Position numbers and translations under genes: made by a program
The notes under the pieces: model-generated
What the model was told of the DNA's origin: nothing
Seen by the model: only the letters and a program-made list of their open reading frames with translations
Databases searched by the model: none
Shown here: positions 47,429 to 57,117 of the stretch, piece after piece
Layout: every line of letters starts with the position of its first letter
How positions within the stretch are numbered: position 1 is the first letter of the stretch
DNA from: Myxococcales bacterium
GTDB taxonomy: Bacteria > Myxococcota_A > UBA9160 > SZUA-336
Direction of reading: 5' to 3'
Assembly (NCBI GenBank): GCA_013215565.1
Contig: JABSQV010000130.1
Coordinates: 8,880-72,879 of the forward strand
DNA length: 64,000 nucleotides

Positions 47429-48958
47429 CTACCTCCTCGGCACGACATTCGCCGCGCCTCGCTCTTTGTCATCGTGATTCTTGAGGTCGACGACCTCATC
47501 GCAGATCTCGCGCATCGCACCTGTGATCGAGCCCCTGGCGACCGTGAGCCCGAAGACCCGCATTCCGGTCTCCTCGCGGCGCCTGGCCAGCTCGGCCATC
47601 ACCGAGCTGCTCGCCGAGGCGTGCCCGTCGGTCACGAACACGATGTCGGAGCGGTCGTCGGCGGCCTGACCGTTCAGGGCGTACTTGAGGGGCGGGTTGA
47701 AATCGGTTCCGCCGCCAACGCGAGCGGTCACCAACTCCAGCGCGATGTCGGCGGGGCCACCGAGTGCGGTCTCGCCTCGGGTTCGACCCGTGTAGGTGTC
47801 GACATCGACGCGATAGGCGCGCCTCTTCTCGTCGAGGCGATGCACGCTGCAGACCCCACCGTTGAACCCGATGAAGGTCACGGCCCGCTTCTCCTTGATC
47901 GCGGTCTGCATGCAGGAGAGGGCGATGGCGCAAGCCAGCTGATGAGGTTGACCCGACATCGATCCCGAGCGGTCGAGCAGGACGGTCATCGGACCACGAC
48001 CCAGCACCTCGGTCCCGTCGAGCGCGTACTGGAGCAACGACCGCTCGACGACCTTCGCCAGAGTGAGGAGGCGCAGCTTGGGGTGCCGCAGTCCAACGAG
48101 CTGGGACGGGAGTACTCGGGACAGATCTGCGCCGCGCTCGATGCTGACGACCTCAGTGCGGGCGTCGGTCGTGCGGACCCGCTTCTTGGATGCTGCGATC
48201 CGCTGGATGCGTCCCGCCCTGCGGATCACGTCCCGGAGTCGCTTGTTCGACATCAGGTGCTCGGCGAGCTGCATGCGACCCGTGTCCTCCTTCTGGGAGT
48301 AGCCGGGAGGTGCAACTTCAAGACCGGGGGACAGACCGGAGAGTCCGGACTTGACCTCGACGATCTCCTCGTTCGCCTTCTCGGCGGCATCGCGCATCGC
48401 CGCCCGCATCATATCGACGGCTGTGGGCAGATCGCTCTCCTCACCGTTCTCGTCGAGGACGGGATCGTTGAGCTTGTCCCAGTCGCCATCGAAATCCTCG
48501 TTCTGGTCCTCGTCCTTCATGATGTCGGCGAGCTGCTCGCTGGCCGCCCTCATCATCGAAGCAGAGGCGATGGCCGCGAGATCGGGATCGCCGACAACGC
48601 GGGAGGCCAGCTCGGTGAACTCGGGGAGCTGCGAGAGCGCCTCATGCAGCGTCGGAACCCAGCGCGGGCACTTCGGCTCATCGAGCTTGGCGGGCTCGTT
48701 GTACAGTCGCGAGAAGACCTCGGTGCCGAGAGCGTCGGCCGTCGAGTGTGCGAACGACCGAACGCGGGCGACGGCGTTCTTGTTGTCCTCCTGCTCGACC
48801 AGGCCCTCCTCGATGACCTTGGAGGTCTGCAGGATCGCGTTGCCTACGGCCTTGCTGCGGTCACGTCGGATCTCAAACAGCAGGCGCTGCCACTCGCTGG
48901 TGTCGTAGGCGAGCTTGGCGTGGGTGCTGGTCTCGGCGGGCTTGCGTTTCGCGGACAT
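47429..48958 (-). CDS. VWA domain protein (ViaA/CoxE-like)
   Basis: GADLSRVLPSQL, VLLDRSGSM MIDAS motif, GGGTDF, DIVFVTDG. Confidence 0.9.
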   Translation of the reverse strand: MSAKRKPAETSTHAKLAYDTSEWQRLLFEIRRDRSKAVGNAILQTSKVIEEGLVEQEDNKNAVARVRSFAHSTADALGTEVFSRLYNEPAKLDEPKCPRWVPTLHEALSQLPEFTELASRVVGDPDLAAIASASMMRAASEQLADIMKDEDQNEDFDGDWDKLNDPVLDENGEESDLPTAVDMMRAAMRDAAEKANEEIVEVKSGLSGLSPGLEVAPPGYSQKEDTGRMQLAEHLMSNKRLRDVIRRAGRIQRIAASKKRVRTTDARTEVVSIERGADLSRVLPSQLVGLRHPKLRLLTLAKVVERSLLQYALDGTEVLGRGPMTVLLDRSGSMSGQPHQLACAIALSCMQTAIKEKRAVTFIGFNGGVCSVHRLDEKRRAYRVDVDTYTGRTRGETALGGPADIALELVTARVGGGTDFNPPLKYALNGQAADDRSDIVFVTDGHASASSSVMAELARRREETGMRVFGLTVARGSITGAMREICDEVVDLKNHDDKERGAANVVPRR

Positions 48959-49011
48959 CGGACTCTCTCTGTTGGTAGGTCCATGGTACACAATGACTGG
49001 GTACACCACAA
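48956..49011 (-). promoter_or_regulatory. Promoter-leader cassette J
   Basis: TTGTGG-17bp-TACCAT-GGACCTACCAACAGAGAG-agtccg-ATG. Confidence 0.8.
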
Positions 49012-49049
49012 CCCCGACGCAACGGATGATCGGCGTCGGGGCTCGACTT

Positions 49050-50195
49050 CTAGAAGCGGAGGCGGGACTTCAATTCGAGGGCGATCCGCTCGCGCATGGC
49101 GTCGATCTTCTGCGAGCACTCGAGGACACGGCTCGTCTGGTTGAGCAGCCCGATCTGGTCGCTGTATGCCTCAAGCATATCGGCCGCGCCGGTCGCGGCG
49201 AGCAGGAACGCCTGGCCCTTGGCGGCGAAGTCAACCTTTCGGTATTCGGCCGTCGCGAGATCGAGCGCCTTGCGCGCCTTGCTGATGTCGGGATCGATCA
49301 ACTTGGTGATCGCCGCGTCAACACTCGCGCGCTGGTCGGGCTCGTCCCAGAGGCAGTCGGAGAGGATGTCGAGATCTTCACGGGTGGCGACGGCGCGACC
49401 GTTGAGGAGCGCGTGACCCTTGATCAGTTTGATGGCCTTGCACCAGCGTCGATCGCTGACCACGATCTCATGGTCCATGGCGAGTTTCTCGCGCAGGTCG
49501 AGCACCGCGTCGATGACGGCATCGACGTTGACGGCTGCGGTCTGGGTGCGCAGGTCGTTGACTTGCTCGATGGTCAGCGAGGCCGTGATCTTCGGCTCAT
49601 CGGACGAGGACAGCAGACCGCGCAGCTTGTCGCGGTCGCTGATGTACCCGACCCACCGACGCAGGACGAACCGGTCGAACAGCGCGCCGAGGCTCTCGTC
49701 CTCGGGGAGCTCGTTCGACGCACCGACCATCATCTCCAACGGGATCGAGATCCGCTGGCCGCCGTTGTCGAACTGGCGCTCGTTGATGGCGGTCAACAGA
49801 CCGTTGAGGATCGCGCTGTTGGCTTTGAAGATCTCGTCGGCGAAGGCGACGGTCGCCTCGGGCAGATACCCAGCGGTGACGCGGCGGTACTGATCCTGCT
49901 CAAGTCCCTGCAGGCTGATCGGTCCGAAGACCTCCTCGGGGACGGTGAACTTGGTGAACAGCAACGACCAGGGCGTCCCGCCGAGGGCGGCCGTCAGGGC
50001 GTTGGTCAGCGCGGACTTCGCCGTGCCGGGAGGGCCGAGGAGCAGGACGTGCTCGCCCGCGAGCAAGGCGACCAGCAGGCAGGTCACCTCGCGGCTGCGC
50101 TCGATGAAGGCGCGGTCGAGGTCGACGCGCAGGTCTTGGAGCGCGGCGAGGGTGGTGGGGGCGGTCTGGGCGGTCAGGGCGGCTGGGGCGGTCAT
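49050..50195 (-). CDS. MoxR/RavA-family AAA+ ATPase
   Basis: LLGPPGTAKS, PEEVFGP, FADEIFKANSAILNGLL, GASNELP, ALFDRF. Confidence 0.92.
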   Translation of the reverse strand: MTAPAALTAQTAPTTLAALQDLRVDLDRAFIERSREVTCLLVALLAGEHVLLLGPPGTAKSALTNALTAALGGTPWSLLFTKFTVPEEVFGPISLQGLEQDQYRRVTAGYLPEATVAFADEIFKANSAILNGLLTAINERQFDNGGQRISIPLEMMVGASNELPEDESLGALFDRFVLRRWVGYISDRDKLRGLLSSSDEPKITASLTIEQVNDLRTQTAAVNVDAVIDAVLDLREKLAMDHEIVVSDRRWCKAIKLIKGHALLNGRAVATREDLDILSDCLWDEPDQRASVDAAITKLIDPDISKARKALDLATAEYRKVDFAAKGQAFLLAATGAADMLEAYSDQIGLLNQTSRVLECSQKIDAMRERIALELKSRLRF

Positions 50196-50256
50196 TTCGA
50201 TGTCCTCTCTGTTGGTGTGACTCCAAGGTAGAGGAGTCAAGCTCGAATGGATACCC
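50193..50256 (-). promoter_or_regulatory. Promoter-leader cassette K (variant)
   Basis: GGGTATCCA-17bp-TACCTT-GGAGTCAC-ACCAACAGAGAG-N9-ATG. Confidence 0.75.
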
Positions 50257-50360
50257 ATTAATCGGGTACTCCACCAAGAAAGTTGGGCGGGTGGCTCACC
50301 TCGCCATCGCCCCCGGAGTGCTCTCCGGCGACGCGGCGATCTCGGTCTCGGGTCTCTGTA

Positions 50361-51575
50361 CTACGCGGCGGCTTCGGGCGCGGCCTCGACCGGGGCGGGG
50401 GCGGGCGCGTCCAGCTTGGTGAAGACGACGGTGGTCCCGCCCTTCTTTTTGGACAGGCGACCGCGCAGGTTCACCTCGGTCAGGGTCGCGCCGGCGTGGC
50501 GGGTCCAGAACGTGCGGTACTTGCCAGCCCACTCGGGAAACCCGGAGTCGGCGAGCTGCTCGACGGTCAGCTCCATGCCGTGCTTGTCGATGGCGGCTTT
50601 GATCTGGGTCTTCAGCTTCTCGCTTACACCCCGCGCCTTGCGCTTGCCATCGCCCTCGTCCTTCGCGAGTCCGAGGAGCGCGTTCGCCTGCTCGACGGCA
50701 TCGTCGATCTCGGTCTCCAGCTCGCCGAGTCCCAGGTGCAGGCTCTCGGAGTACAACTCGGCATAGGACTTGAGGGTGCGCAGCTCACCGAGCGCCTTCG
50801 CCAGGGAGTCGGCGCGCGGGCGTTGCTCTTTGGACTTCTTGGTCCAGTCGGCGAGGCGCTCGCGGATCCCGGCGAGGCTCTCGCTCGGGACCTTCTTGCC
50901 GTCGGCGACGTTGCCCATCAGGAAGTTCTTGGCCGCGCCGCCGATGCTGGTGCGGCTGGCCTCGGTGTCGGAAACGTGGGTGATGTGCAACGCGCTGTCC
51001 CCGATCTTGCTGACGATGCGGGCGAGCTTCTCGACATCGTCCTGGTGCTGCTTCGGGACGTAGTAGATCCCGCCCGAGTGCTGACGGACCGAGAATGCGC
51101 CGAACGCCTTGAGGGGCGCCTGGATGAGCACGGGGCGGATGAAGTCGTGGTCGAGGTACGTCCGGTCGCTGTCGGCCTGGGCGATGAAGCGGGTCGCCTC
51201 TTCGGTCTTGCCGACGGTCGTCCACTTGTCCATGGCCTTGTCGAACACGACGGTATCGACCTGCTCCCACCTGACCTCTTTGTCGTTGACGCGCTTGTGG
51301 GTCAGGATGCCGACCATCAGCGAGTCGGCGTCCTCGAACACGACCTCGGTGCGGTAGCGCGCCGCGTTGCCGCGTCCCTGCTTCCAGCTTCGGGCCGTGT
51401 CGCGGATCTCGGACACGCTGTTGAGATCGGGGACCACGCTCGGGTTCTCGCCTTCGGACTTCAGGATCTTTCGCAGTGCGGCGGGGGTCGTCTTGGTGTT
51501 GAAAAGATCCCACCAGACGAGGGCGCCGAGGCCGAGGGCCAGGTTGTCCATCATCTGCGTTTTGTCGGTCGTCAT
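50361..51575 (-). CDS. DUF3150/DUF6744-like protein
   Basis: LGALVWWDL and SGGIYYVP motifs, coiled C-terminus; beside the AAA+ and VWA genes. Confidence 0.5.
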   Translation of the reverse strand: MTTDKTQMMDNLALGLGALVWWDLFNTKTTPAALRKILKSEGENPSVVPDLNSVSEIRDTARSWKQGRGNAARYRTEVVFEDADSLMVGILTHKRVNDKEVRWEQVDTVVFDKAMDKWTTVGKTEEATRFIAQADSDRTYLDHDFIRPVLIQAPLKAFGAFSVRQHSGGIYYVPKQHQDDVEKLARIVSKIGDSALHITHVSDTEASRTSIGGAAKNFLMGNVADGKKVPSESLAGIRERLADWTKKSKEQRPRADSLAKALGELRTLKSYAELYSESLHLGLGELETEIDDAVEQANALLGLAKDEGDGKRKARGVSEKLKTQIKAAIDKHGMELTVEQLADSGFPEWAGKYRTFWTRHAGATLTEVNLRGRLSKKKGGTTVVFTKLDAPAPAPVEAAPEAAA

Positions 51576-51636
51576 CGTGTGCCTCTCTGTTGTTGTTTGG
51601 CATGAGGAAGGTCGCATCTGCTGCGTACACTTGCAA
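51573..51636 (-). promoter_or_regulatory. Promoter-leader cassette L (degenerate)
   Basis: AACAACAGAGAG-gcacacg-ATG; TTGCAA-17bp-GACCTT upstream. Confidence 0.55.
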
Positions 51637-51771
51637 CCAGGATCGGGAGGTTATTTCTAGGTTTCGTGGAAACCCCGTTGGACTGATGGCTTCTCACGAT
51701 CAGGACGCGAGGGTCGGTCGTATCCTCCTGCCGGAGGGCGAGTTTCGATGCCGCGCCTCTGAGGTTTCGGG

Positions 51772-51828
51772 TTGTGCTCGTACCCACTCCATGTGTACCT
51801 TGGCGTCACCAACAGAGAGGTCACCATG
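51772..51828 (+). promoter_or_regulatory. Promoter-leader cassette M
   Basis: TTGTGC-18bp-TACCTT-GGCGTC-ACCAACAGAGAG-gtcacc-ATG. Confidence 0.75.
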
Positions 51829-51877
51829 GCAACGTCAGCCCACTACACGCTCGCCAGCATCCCGATGGACAAGCAGG

Positions 51878-53572
51878 TCAAGCAGCTCCTCCCCGCCTGC
51901 CCCGCCGCTCGACGGGATCGCGAGAGCGCGGATCTACTTGCGCGCCAAGGCGGCGGCGGAGGGCTGACCGAGAAAACCAAGATTGGTGGTTGTGGTTCAC
52001 TTCTCCATTCTGTACCTTGGACCTACCAACAGAGAGGACAGCATGTACACGCTCCGCAACCCCGCAGCCATCTCCACCGGCCACACCCACTACGTGACCT
52101 ACGAGCCCCAGACCGACGGCACCGTCGTTGTCACTCGGGACGATTGTGTCATGAACACGATCGAGACCATGAGCCTCGATTCGGCACGAGCCGACTACCA
52201 TAGGCGCATCGCTCTCGGCTATAGAGCCTGACGAGGCGAACGCCAACCGAGCGAAGCAGGGCATGCCGGCCTTGTCGAACCTCGGGCCCGGCCGTCTGAC
52301 CATCCGGCCCGCCCCGCGTGCCGTGGGGTCGGGTGCGCCTCCGACGAACCCCGCGGCTCGGACCTCGAGGAGGGCAACTGCATCGAGCTGGTCATGGAGC
52401 TCCATCGCCTCCCTCGACCGTCGCCAGTGTCGGGGGTGTGCTCGCGGTGTCGCCAACTCGGCGAGAACGTGGACCCCCAGGTGGCTCGTCCGCACCACAG
52501 CGACCCGACCCGACCACGCCGGCCGCTGGGCCGCCCACAGCTCGACGGCGCGCCCAGCGTCCGCCAGGGCGCGATTGTCGAAGGGCGCGTCGGTGAACCC
52601 GTCGAGGTCGACCGCGAGCCAGCGAGTCTCCACGGGCTCCCATCGAGCGGGCACCCAGCGCCCGTGAACCTCTCGCCAGCTCGACGGGGCCATCCCATCG
52701 AGCCCGACGAACAGATCGGGGAGATGTGCGAGCGGGATCCCGGAGCGGTCGGCCTGACGGCTGCTATCGATCAGCGTTCCCCACGCCCGGTCGGTGCCGA
52801 GACCCCGTTCGGCTGTTCGGAGGACCGTGAGCAGGCCGGTCGACCGTGAGGGAGAGTAGCGGACTCCTCTCGGTCCTCTTCGCCCGAGGAGCACGGAGAC
52901 ACGGCGAGCGGTGCGCTCCTGGATGTGTACTGTATCAATGCCCCGATCCAGATCTGGGCGAGGGGCTCGTCCGCGAGAGCGTCTGAGCTGTACCCGACCC
53001 CGATATCGCCGCCAGTACCCCGACGCCTCGCAACCGAAGCAGACGGCCGATCCCGTCTGCCCTCCCGCGTTGGGGTAGAGCGCCATCGACGGGTTCCGAT
53101 CATCGTGCCAGGGGCAGCATGTGATCGACTTGGGTCCACGCTCGATGGGCACGACCTCGATCCAGTCGTCGGTGTCGTCGTCGGTGTCGTCGTCGGTGTC
53201 CGACCACGATGAGCATGCCTCGATCGCGTTGGGGTCGACCAGGAGATGCTGACCCCAGGTCCGACCCGCTCGGTCGCGCAACTCGACTCCCATCTCCCTG
53301 GCCTCGTTGATGTGGACCGACGCCCACCCGAGGACATCGCGGACCAGATTCCAGGCGGTCCGCGCCGTCGCATAGGCGACCCCGCTCTCATGCCTGAGGT
53401 AGCTGATCGACAACTCGGTGTACCAAGACCCGGCGACGAGCTGCCGACGGTGGATCGCGATCCGCCTCAGCAGGCACCGCACCGCGTGCCCGCATCGCTC
53501 ACCGACCTCGGCGAGCAAGGTGTCGAGCTGCTGGCACAGATGTGCAACGGTGGGCGAGGGCGTGGGCGTCAA
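51878..53572 (-). CDS. CHC2 Zn-finger + AEP primase-polymerase-like protein
   Basis: CPWHDDRNPS...CFGC; LAVDLDG, RTSHLGVHV, RMVRRPG. The last ~115 codons read antisense through cassettes M/N. Confidence 0.7.
   Translation of the reverse strand: MTPTPSPTVAHLCQQLDTLLAEVGERCGHAVRCLLRRIAIHRRQLVAGSWYTELSISYLRHESGVAYATARTAWNLVRDVLGWASVHINEAREMGVELRDRAGRTWGQHLLVDPNAIEACSSWSDTDDDTDDDTDDWIEVVPIERGPKSITCCPWHDDRNPSMALYPNAGGQTGSAVCFGCEASGYWRRYRGRVQLRRSRGRAPRPDLDRGIDTVHIQERTARRVSVLLGRRGPRGVRYSPSRSTGLLTVLRTAERGLGTDRAWGTLIDSSRQADRSGIPLAHLPDLFVGLDGMAPSSWREVHGRWVPARWEPVETRWLAVDLDGFTDAPFDNRALADAGRAVELWAAQRPAWSGRVAVVRTSHLGVHVLAELATPRAHPRHWRRSREAMELHDQLDAVALLEVRAAGFVGGAPDPTARGAGRMVRRPGPRFDKAGMPCFARLAFASSGSIAESDAPMVVGSCRIEAHGLDRVHDTIVPSDNDGAVGLGLVGHVVGVAGGDGCGVAERVHAVLSVGRSKVQNGEVNHNHQSWFSRSALRRRLGAQVDPRSRDPVERRGRRGGAA
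51990..52045 (+). promoter_or_regulatory. Promoter-leader cassette N
   Basis: TTGTGG-17bp-TACCTT-GGACCTACCAACAGAGAG-gacagc-ATG. Confidence 0.85.
52043..52231 (+). CDS. Cassette-led small protein
   Basis: 62 aa ORF starting directly after cassette N. Confidence 0.6.
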   Translation: MYTLRNPAAISTGHTHYVTYEPQTDGTVVVTRDDCVMNTIETMSLDSARADYHRRIALGYRA

Positions 53573-53845
53573 GGGCGACTCTGGATCTGCTCCGTTGTAT
53601 CAGGAGTGCCGCGCCGATCGCGAGAGGGTTTACGGACTGATCGGGTTCGCGATATACCGAGGGTGTCTGAAAGCCTGTCCTGGGCGGGACAAACTGAACG
53701 ACATCTCTTGCGCCTCTTCTGACTGCCTGGGCGGCTCGTTGGGAGGGGCGCTCTGGGTTGTGCGAACAGTTTTTGTCCGAGCTGGCATTCGGTCCGAGCC
53801 GTTCACCGATACTCTGTGATCAGAAATATAGACAGAGTGTGATCG

Positions 53846-55294
53846 ATGACATCGTTGGTTAGGAGGCACCACCGCTATGACGGTGACGTGCCTGGCGTGC
53901 CCATGCTCGCCATGATGATCTCAAATTCGGAGAGAGGCCGCGCCGCGTGCCCACTCCGCTGGTGGTTCGGCTACGGCGAGGGGCTCGTCACCTCGCTCGA
54001 TGAGCCGCCCCTCAGGTACGGGGGAGCGTGGCATCAGCTCCTCGAGGATATGCACCGCTGGTGGATGATCCGCGATGAGCCCTACCCCTCGAACGGTCAT
54101 CGGGTGTGCTGCTGGTGCGTTGGGAACGGGCAGACTGTTTCGGTGACGTGCCATGAGTGCAAGGGCTGGGCGACCGGCCCCGCCGACCGGGCACTGCAAG
54201 CCTGGATCAAGTTGGAGGGTGACGAGAAGATCGAACCCGGCCAGGCCGCGCTCGATCACCAGCGCCTCTGCCGCGCGTGGGAGGGCTACACGCACACCTA
54301 CGGCTTCGGGCCGCTGCAGAAGTTGAAGCCGATCGGGGTGGAGCTCCGATTCGGCGTGCCGATCCTGAACCCGTCGACCTCGACCGTCTACCGGCCGAGC
54401 CTGTGGATGATCCGCGAGGGTCAGACGATGCGGGTCGCCCGTACATCCGAGGCGAACGGTCCCAACGCGGTTCAGGTCCGATGGCCCTGGTACTACGCCG
54501 TGACCCTCGACCTGCTGTTGGTCGATCGCGAGGATCCCAGAGAGCTGTGGCTCTGGGAGGGCAAGACGGCGAAGTCGCCGACGCGGAGGATGCACAACCT
54601 CTCGCTGGATCCCCAGGTGCAGGGCTACTCCTGGGCGATCAATCACGCGGTCAAGGCGGGGCTGATCGAGGGCGTGCCGAGAGATGCACGACTGGCTGGG
54701 TACGTGTTCGATGTCGTGTCCAACAGCATGCAGCACGATCCGAAGCAGCTCGCTCCCAAGAAGGTCAAGGTGCCGCACCCCGAGACCGGGGAGCCCTACA
54801 AGGAGAAGGGTCGGTGGGTCTACGAGATCGGCGGCGACGGTCAGCCCATCGAGCGGTCGCCGGGGTTGTCGATGTCGAAGCAGTCGGCACCGCCGTCGTG
54901 GCGGTTCGCCAACGAGTTGGACCGACTGGGGCTCGACCGCGGCCCCTATGAGGATCACATGCTCGACCTGATGGAGAGGGTCGACACGAAACTCTACCAA
55001 CGCAACTGGAGCACCTGTGGACCCGAGGTGGTCGACCGATTCGGGCATGAGGTCTACGGGGTCGCCCGCCGCCTCGCCGAGATGCGACGGTCGGCGGCGA
55101 CGGCGACGACGCCCTACGAGATCGCCCAGCGATTCCCGCGCGTGCCCATCTGCACCCAGCCGGGTGGCGGGTGCTCGTTCACCGGACCGTGCCTGCAAGA
55201 TGGCGATCTGGTCCGCAACAACTTCAAGGTCCGTGATCCGACGCGATGGGTGCCCGCATCCAGCATCGGTCAGGACGACCTGATCCCGACCTAA
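53846..55294 (+). CDS. PD-(D/E)XK Cas4/RecB-like exonuclease
   Basis: ISNS...CPLRWW, GGAWHQLLE, LDLLLVD...WEGKT, QVQGY, C-terminal Cys cluster. Confidence 0.85.
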   Translation: MTSLVRRHHRYDGDVPGVPMLAMMISNSERGRAACPLRWWFGYGEGLVTSLDEPPLRYGGAWHQLLEDMHRWWMIRDEPYPSNGHRVCCWCVGNGQTVSVTCHECKGWATGPADRALQAWIKLEGDEKIEPGQAALDHQRLCRAWEGYTHTYGFGPLQKLKPIGVELRFGVPILNPSTSTVYRPSLWMIREGQTMRVARTSEANGPNAVQVRWPWYYAVTLDLLLVDREDPRELWLWEGKTAKSPTRRMHNLSLDPQVQGYSWAINHAVKAGLIEGVPRDARLAGYVFDVVSNSMQHDPKQLAPKKVKVPHPETGEPYKEKGRWVYEIGGDGQPIERSPGLSMSKQSAPPSWRFANELDRLGLDRGPYEDHMLDLMERVDTKLYQRNWSTCGPEVVDRFGHEVYGVARRLAEMRRSAATATTPYEIAQRFPRVPICTQPGGGCSFTGPCLQDGDLVRNNFKVRDPTRWVPASSIGQDDLIPT

Positions 55295-55311
55295 CAAAGG
55301 AGAAGAGAACC

Positions 55312-56115
55312 ATGATCCTCAATTTCGAACGAGCGGGGGACATTGACACGTCCAACCTGCATTACAAGATCCTGCTGTACGGTAAGTCCGGCGCGGGGAA
55401 GACCTACGCGGCGGCCACGGCTCCGAACTGTTGCTTCCTCCTCACCGAGCGAAACGGTCAGCAGTCGATCCGCATCAGCAACCCCGACGCGGTGATCGCC
55501 TACTGCCCGACGGCCGAGAAGGTCCGCGCGTTCATGCGGATGGCCGTCAAGGGCGAGCTGCCCGACGGGATCCGCACCATCGTGCTCGATGGGCTGACCG
55601 AGCTGCAGAAGATCTTCCAAGACGAGATCCTCGCCGGCAAGGACGCTCAGAACCGGCACATGACCAAGCAGGATTGGGGCACCCTCACCGAGAAGATGCG
55701 CCTGTTCATGCGGACCCTCCGCGACCTGGAGTACCACGTCGTGGCCACCGCGCTCTCGGACGAGTCCCAGGCCGACGGCGACGGCGCGATCCGCTACGTC
55801 CAGCCCTCGTTCTCCGGTCGCAAGCTGCCGCAGGAGATCGCCCAATTCTTCAACGGGTGCGGGTACGTCTTCAAGAAGGCGAAGGCGGACGAGAACGGCA
55901 AGGAAGAGATCTTCCACCGGATCATGTTCGACGGCCCGTCCCGCTTCACGGTGAAGCCGTGCTATCCCCTGGGCGGCATTCAGGAGCCCGATCTGTCGAC
56001 GTGGTTCGACCAGCTCGCGTCCGCTGGGGCGCCCGACAAGGCCGGCAAGGCCGACAAGACCAAAACCAAGACCAAGGCCGGCAAGGCCGAAGATTCCAAA
56101 GGAGTTGCAGCATGA
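55312..56115 (+). CDS. Sak4-like (AAA_24) recombinase ATPase
   Basis: ILLYGKSGAGKT, TIVLDGLTEL, QDWG; lies between the exonuclease and SSB genes. Confidence 0.85.
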   Translation: MILNFERAGDIDTSNLHYKILLYGKSGAGKTYAAATAPNCCFLLTERNGQQSIRISNPDAVIAYCPTAEKVRAFMRMAVKGELPDGIRTIVLDGLTELQKIFQDEILAGKDAQNRHMTKQDWGTLTEKMRLFMRTLRDLEYHVVATALSDESQADGDGAIRYVQPSFSGRKLPQEIAQFFNGCGYVFKKAKADENGKEEIFHRIMFDGPSRFTVKPCYPLGGIQEPDLSTWFDQLASAGAPDKAGKADKTKTKTKAGKAEDSKGVAA

Positions 56116-56666
56116 TCATCGATCCCAACAGCAGTGGAGGCGTCGGCAAAGGGCGCAAGGTGTTCCACGGCGTCGGTCTCCGACGCTGGGAGAGCAGCAC
56201 CGGGACCCCCATCCTCGACATCGGCCTGGTCGTGCTCAAGGACATGGAGGGCGACGGCAACGAGAACCTGCAGTGCCGCGCGCGGTTCTTCCTCACGGCC
56301 AACGCGGGCTGGCGCCTGGGCAACTTCGCCAAGGCGTGCGGTCACGGCGAGCCCTTCGACGCCTTCGACGACGACGCCATCGCCAAGTTCATGGCGAAGG
56401 GTCCGATGATCGCGACCGTCGAGATGGAAGAGTACCAGGGCAACTCGTACCCCCGCCCCGGCAAGTGGGCGTCCTACTCGGGCGCCGAAGATCCCGAGTG
56501 GGCCGAGATGATCCAGAACGCCGAAGCCAAGTTCGCCGAGTGGGTCGAGAAGCAGGAAGAGGAGCACGGGGGCAGCAGCTCCTCGGGCAGCAGCTCGGGC
56601 GGCTCGTCGAGCAGTGGCGGCTCGACGGGCGGCGGTGGCGGCCCAGACTCAGACATTCCATTCTAA
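56112..56666 (+). CDS. Single-stranded DNA-binding protein (DUF669-like)
   Basis: Gly/Ser linker and acidic DSDIPF C-terminus; follows Sak4. Confidence 0.75.
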   Translation: MIIDPNSSGGVGKGRKVFHGVGLRRWESSTGTPILDIGLVVLKDMEGDGNENLQCRARFFLTANAGWRLGNFAKACGHGEPFDAFDDDAIAKFMAKGPMIATVEMEEYQGNSYPRPGKWASYSGAEDPEWAEMIQNAEAKFAEWVEKQEEEHGGSSSSGSSSGGSSSSGGSTGGGGGPDSDIPF

Positions 56667-56679
56667 TCCTGAGGTGCCT

Positions 56680-57117
56680 GTGCGCGTCTGCAACACATGT
56701 GGCGAAACCAAGCCGGTGGGTGACTTCTACGCGAGGCCACGCACCAAATGCAAGGAATGCCACAAAGAGGCGGTGCGCGCACGACGCCAGAGGAGCCCGG
56801 ATCGTGCTCGATCATACGACCGGGCGCGAAGCGTTCTGCCGCATCGGGTGGAAGCACGAAAGACCTACCAGGGAACGCCTGCCTTTCGTGCCAGCCACAA
56901 TCGTGCCACCAGGCGGTGGCAGGCTAAGAACCCAGAGAAGCGAGCCGCACACATAGCTGTTGGGAACGCTGTCCGTGACGGCTTGTTGCAGCGGCGTCCA
57001 TGCTCTGAATGCGGATCGTCGCCAGCACAGGCGCACCATGATGACTACTCCAAGCCTTTGGTTGTTCGCTGGCTTTGCAAGCCCTGTCACGACACCGAAC
57101 ACGCTAGGAGCCTGTGA
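56680..57117 (+). CDS. HNH-like endonuclease
   Basis: CNTCGETKP...CKEC; CSECG...AHHDDYSKPLVVRWLCKPCH. Confidence 0.75.
   Translation: MRVCNTCGETKPVGDFYARPRTKCKECHKEAVRARRQRSPDRARSYDRARSVLPHRVEARKTYQGTPAFRASHNRATRRWQAKNPEKRAAHIAVGNAVRDGLLQRRPCSECGSSPAQAHHDDYSKPLVVRWLCKPCHDTEHARSL

Noticed and set aside
43619..51605. Long plus-strand ORFs 43619-45451, 47474-49144, 48915-50231 and 50283-51605
   Set aside because: Antisense to well-supported minus-strand genes
53846..55294. Cas4-like gene as part of a CRISPR system
   Set aside because: Its context (Sak4, SSB, RuvC) is a standard phage recombination module
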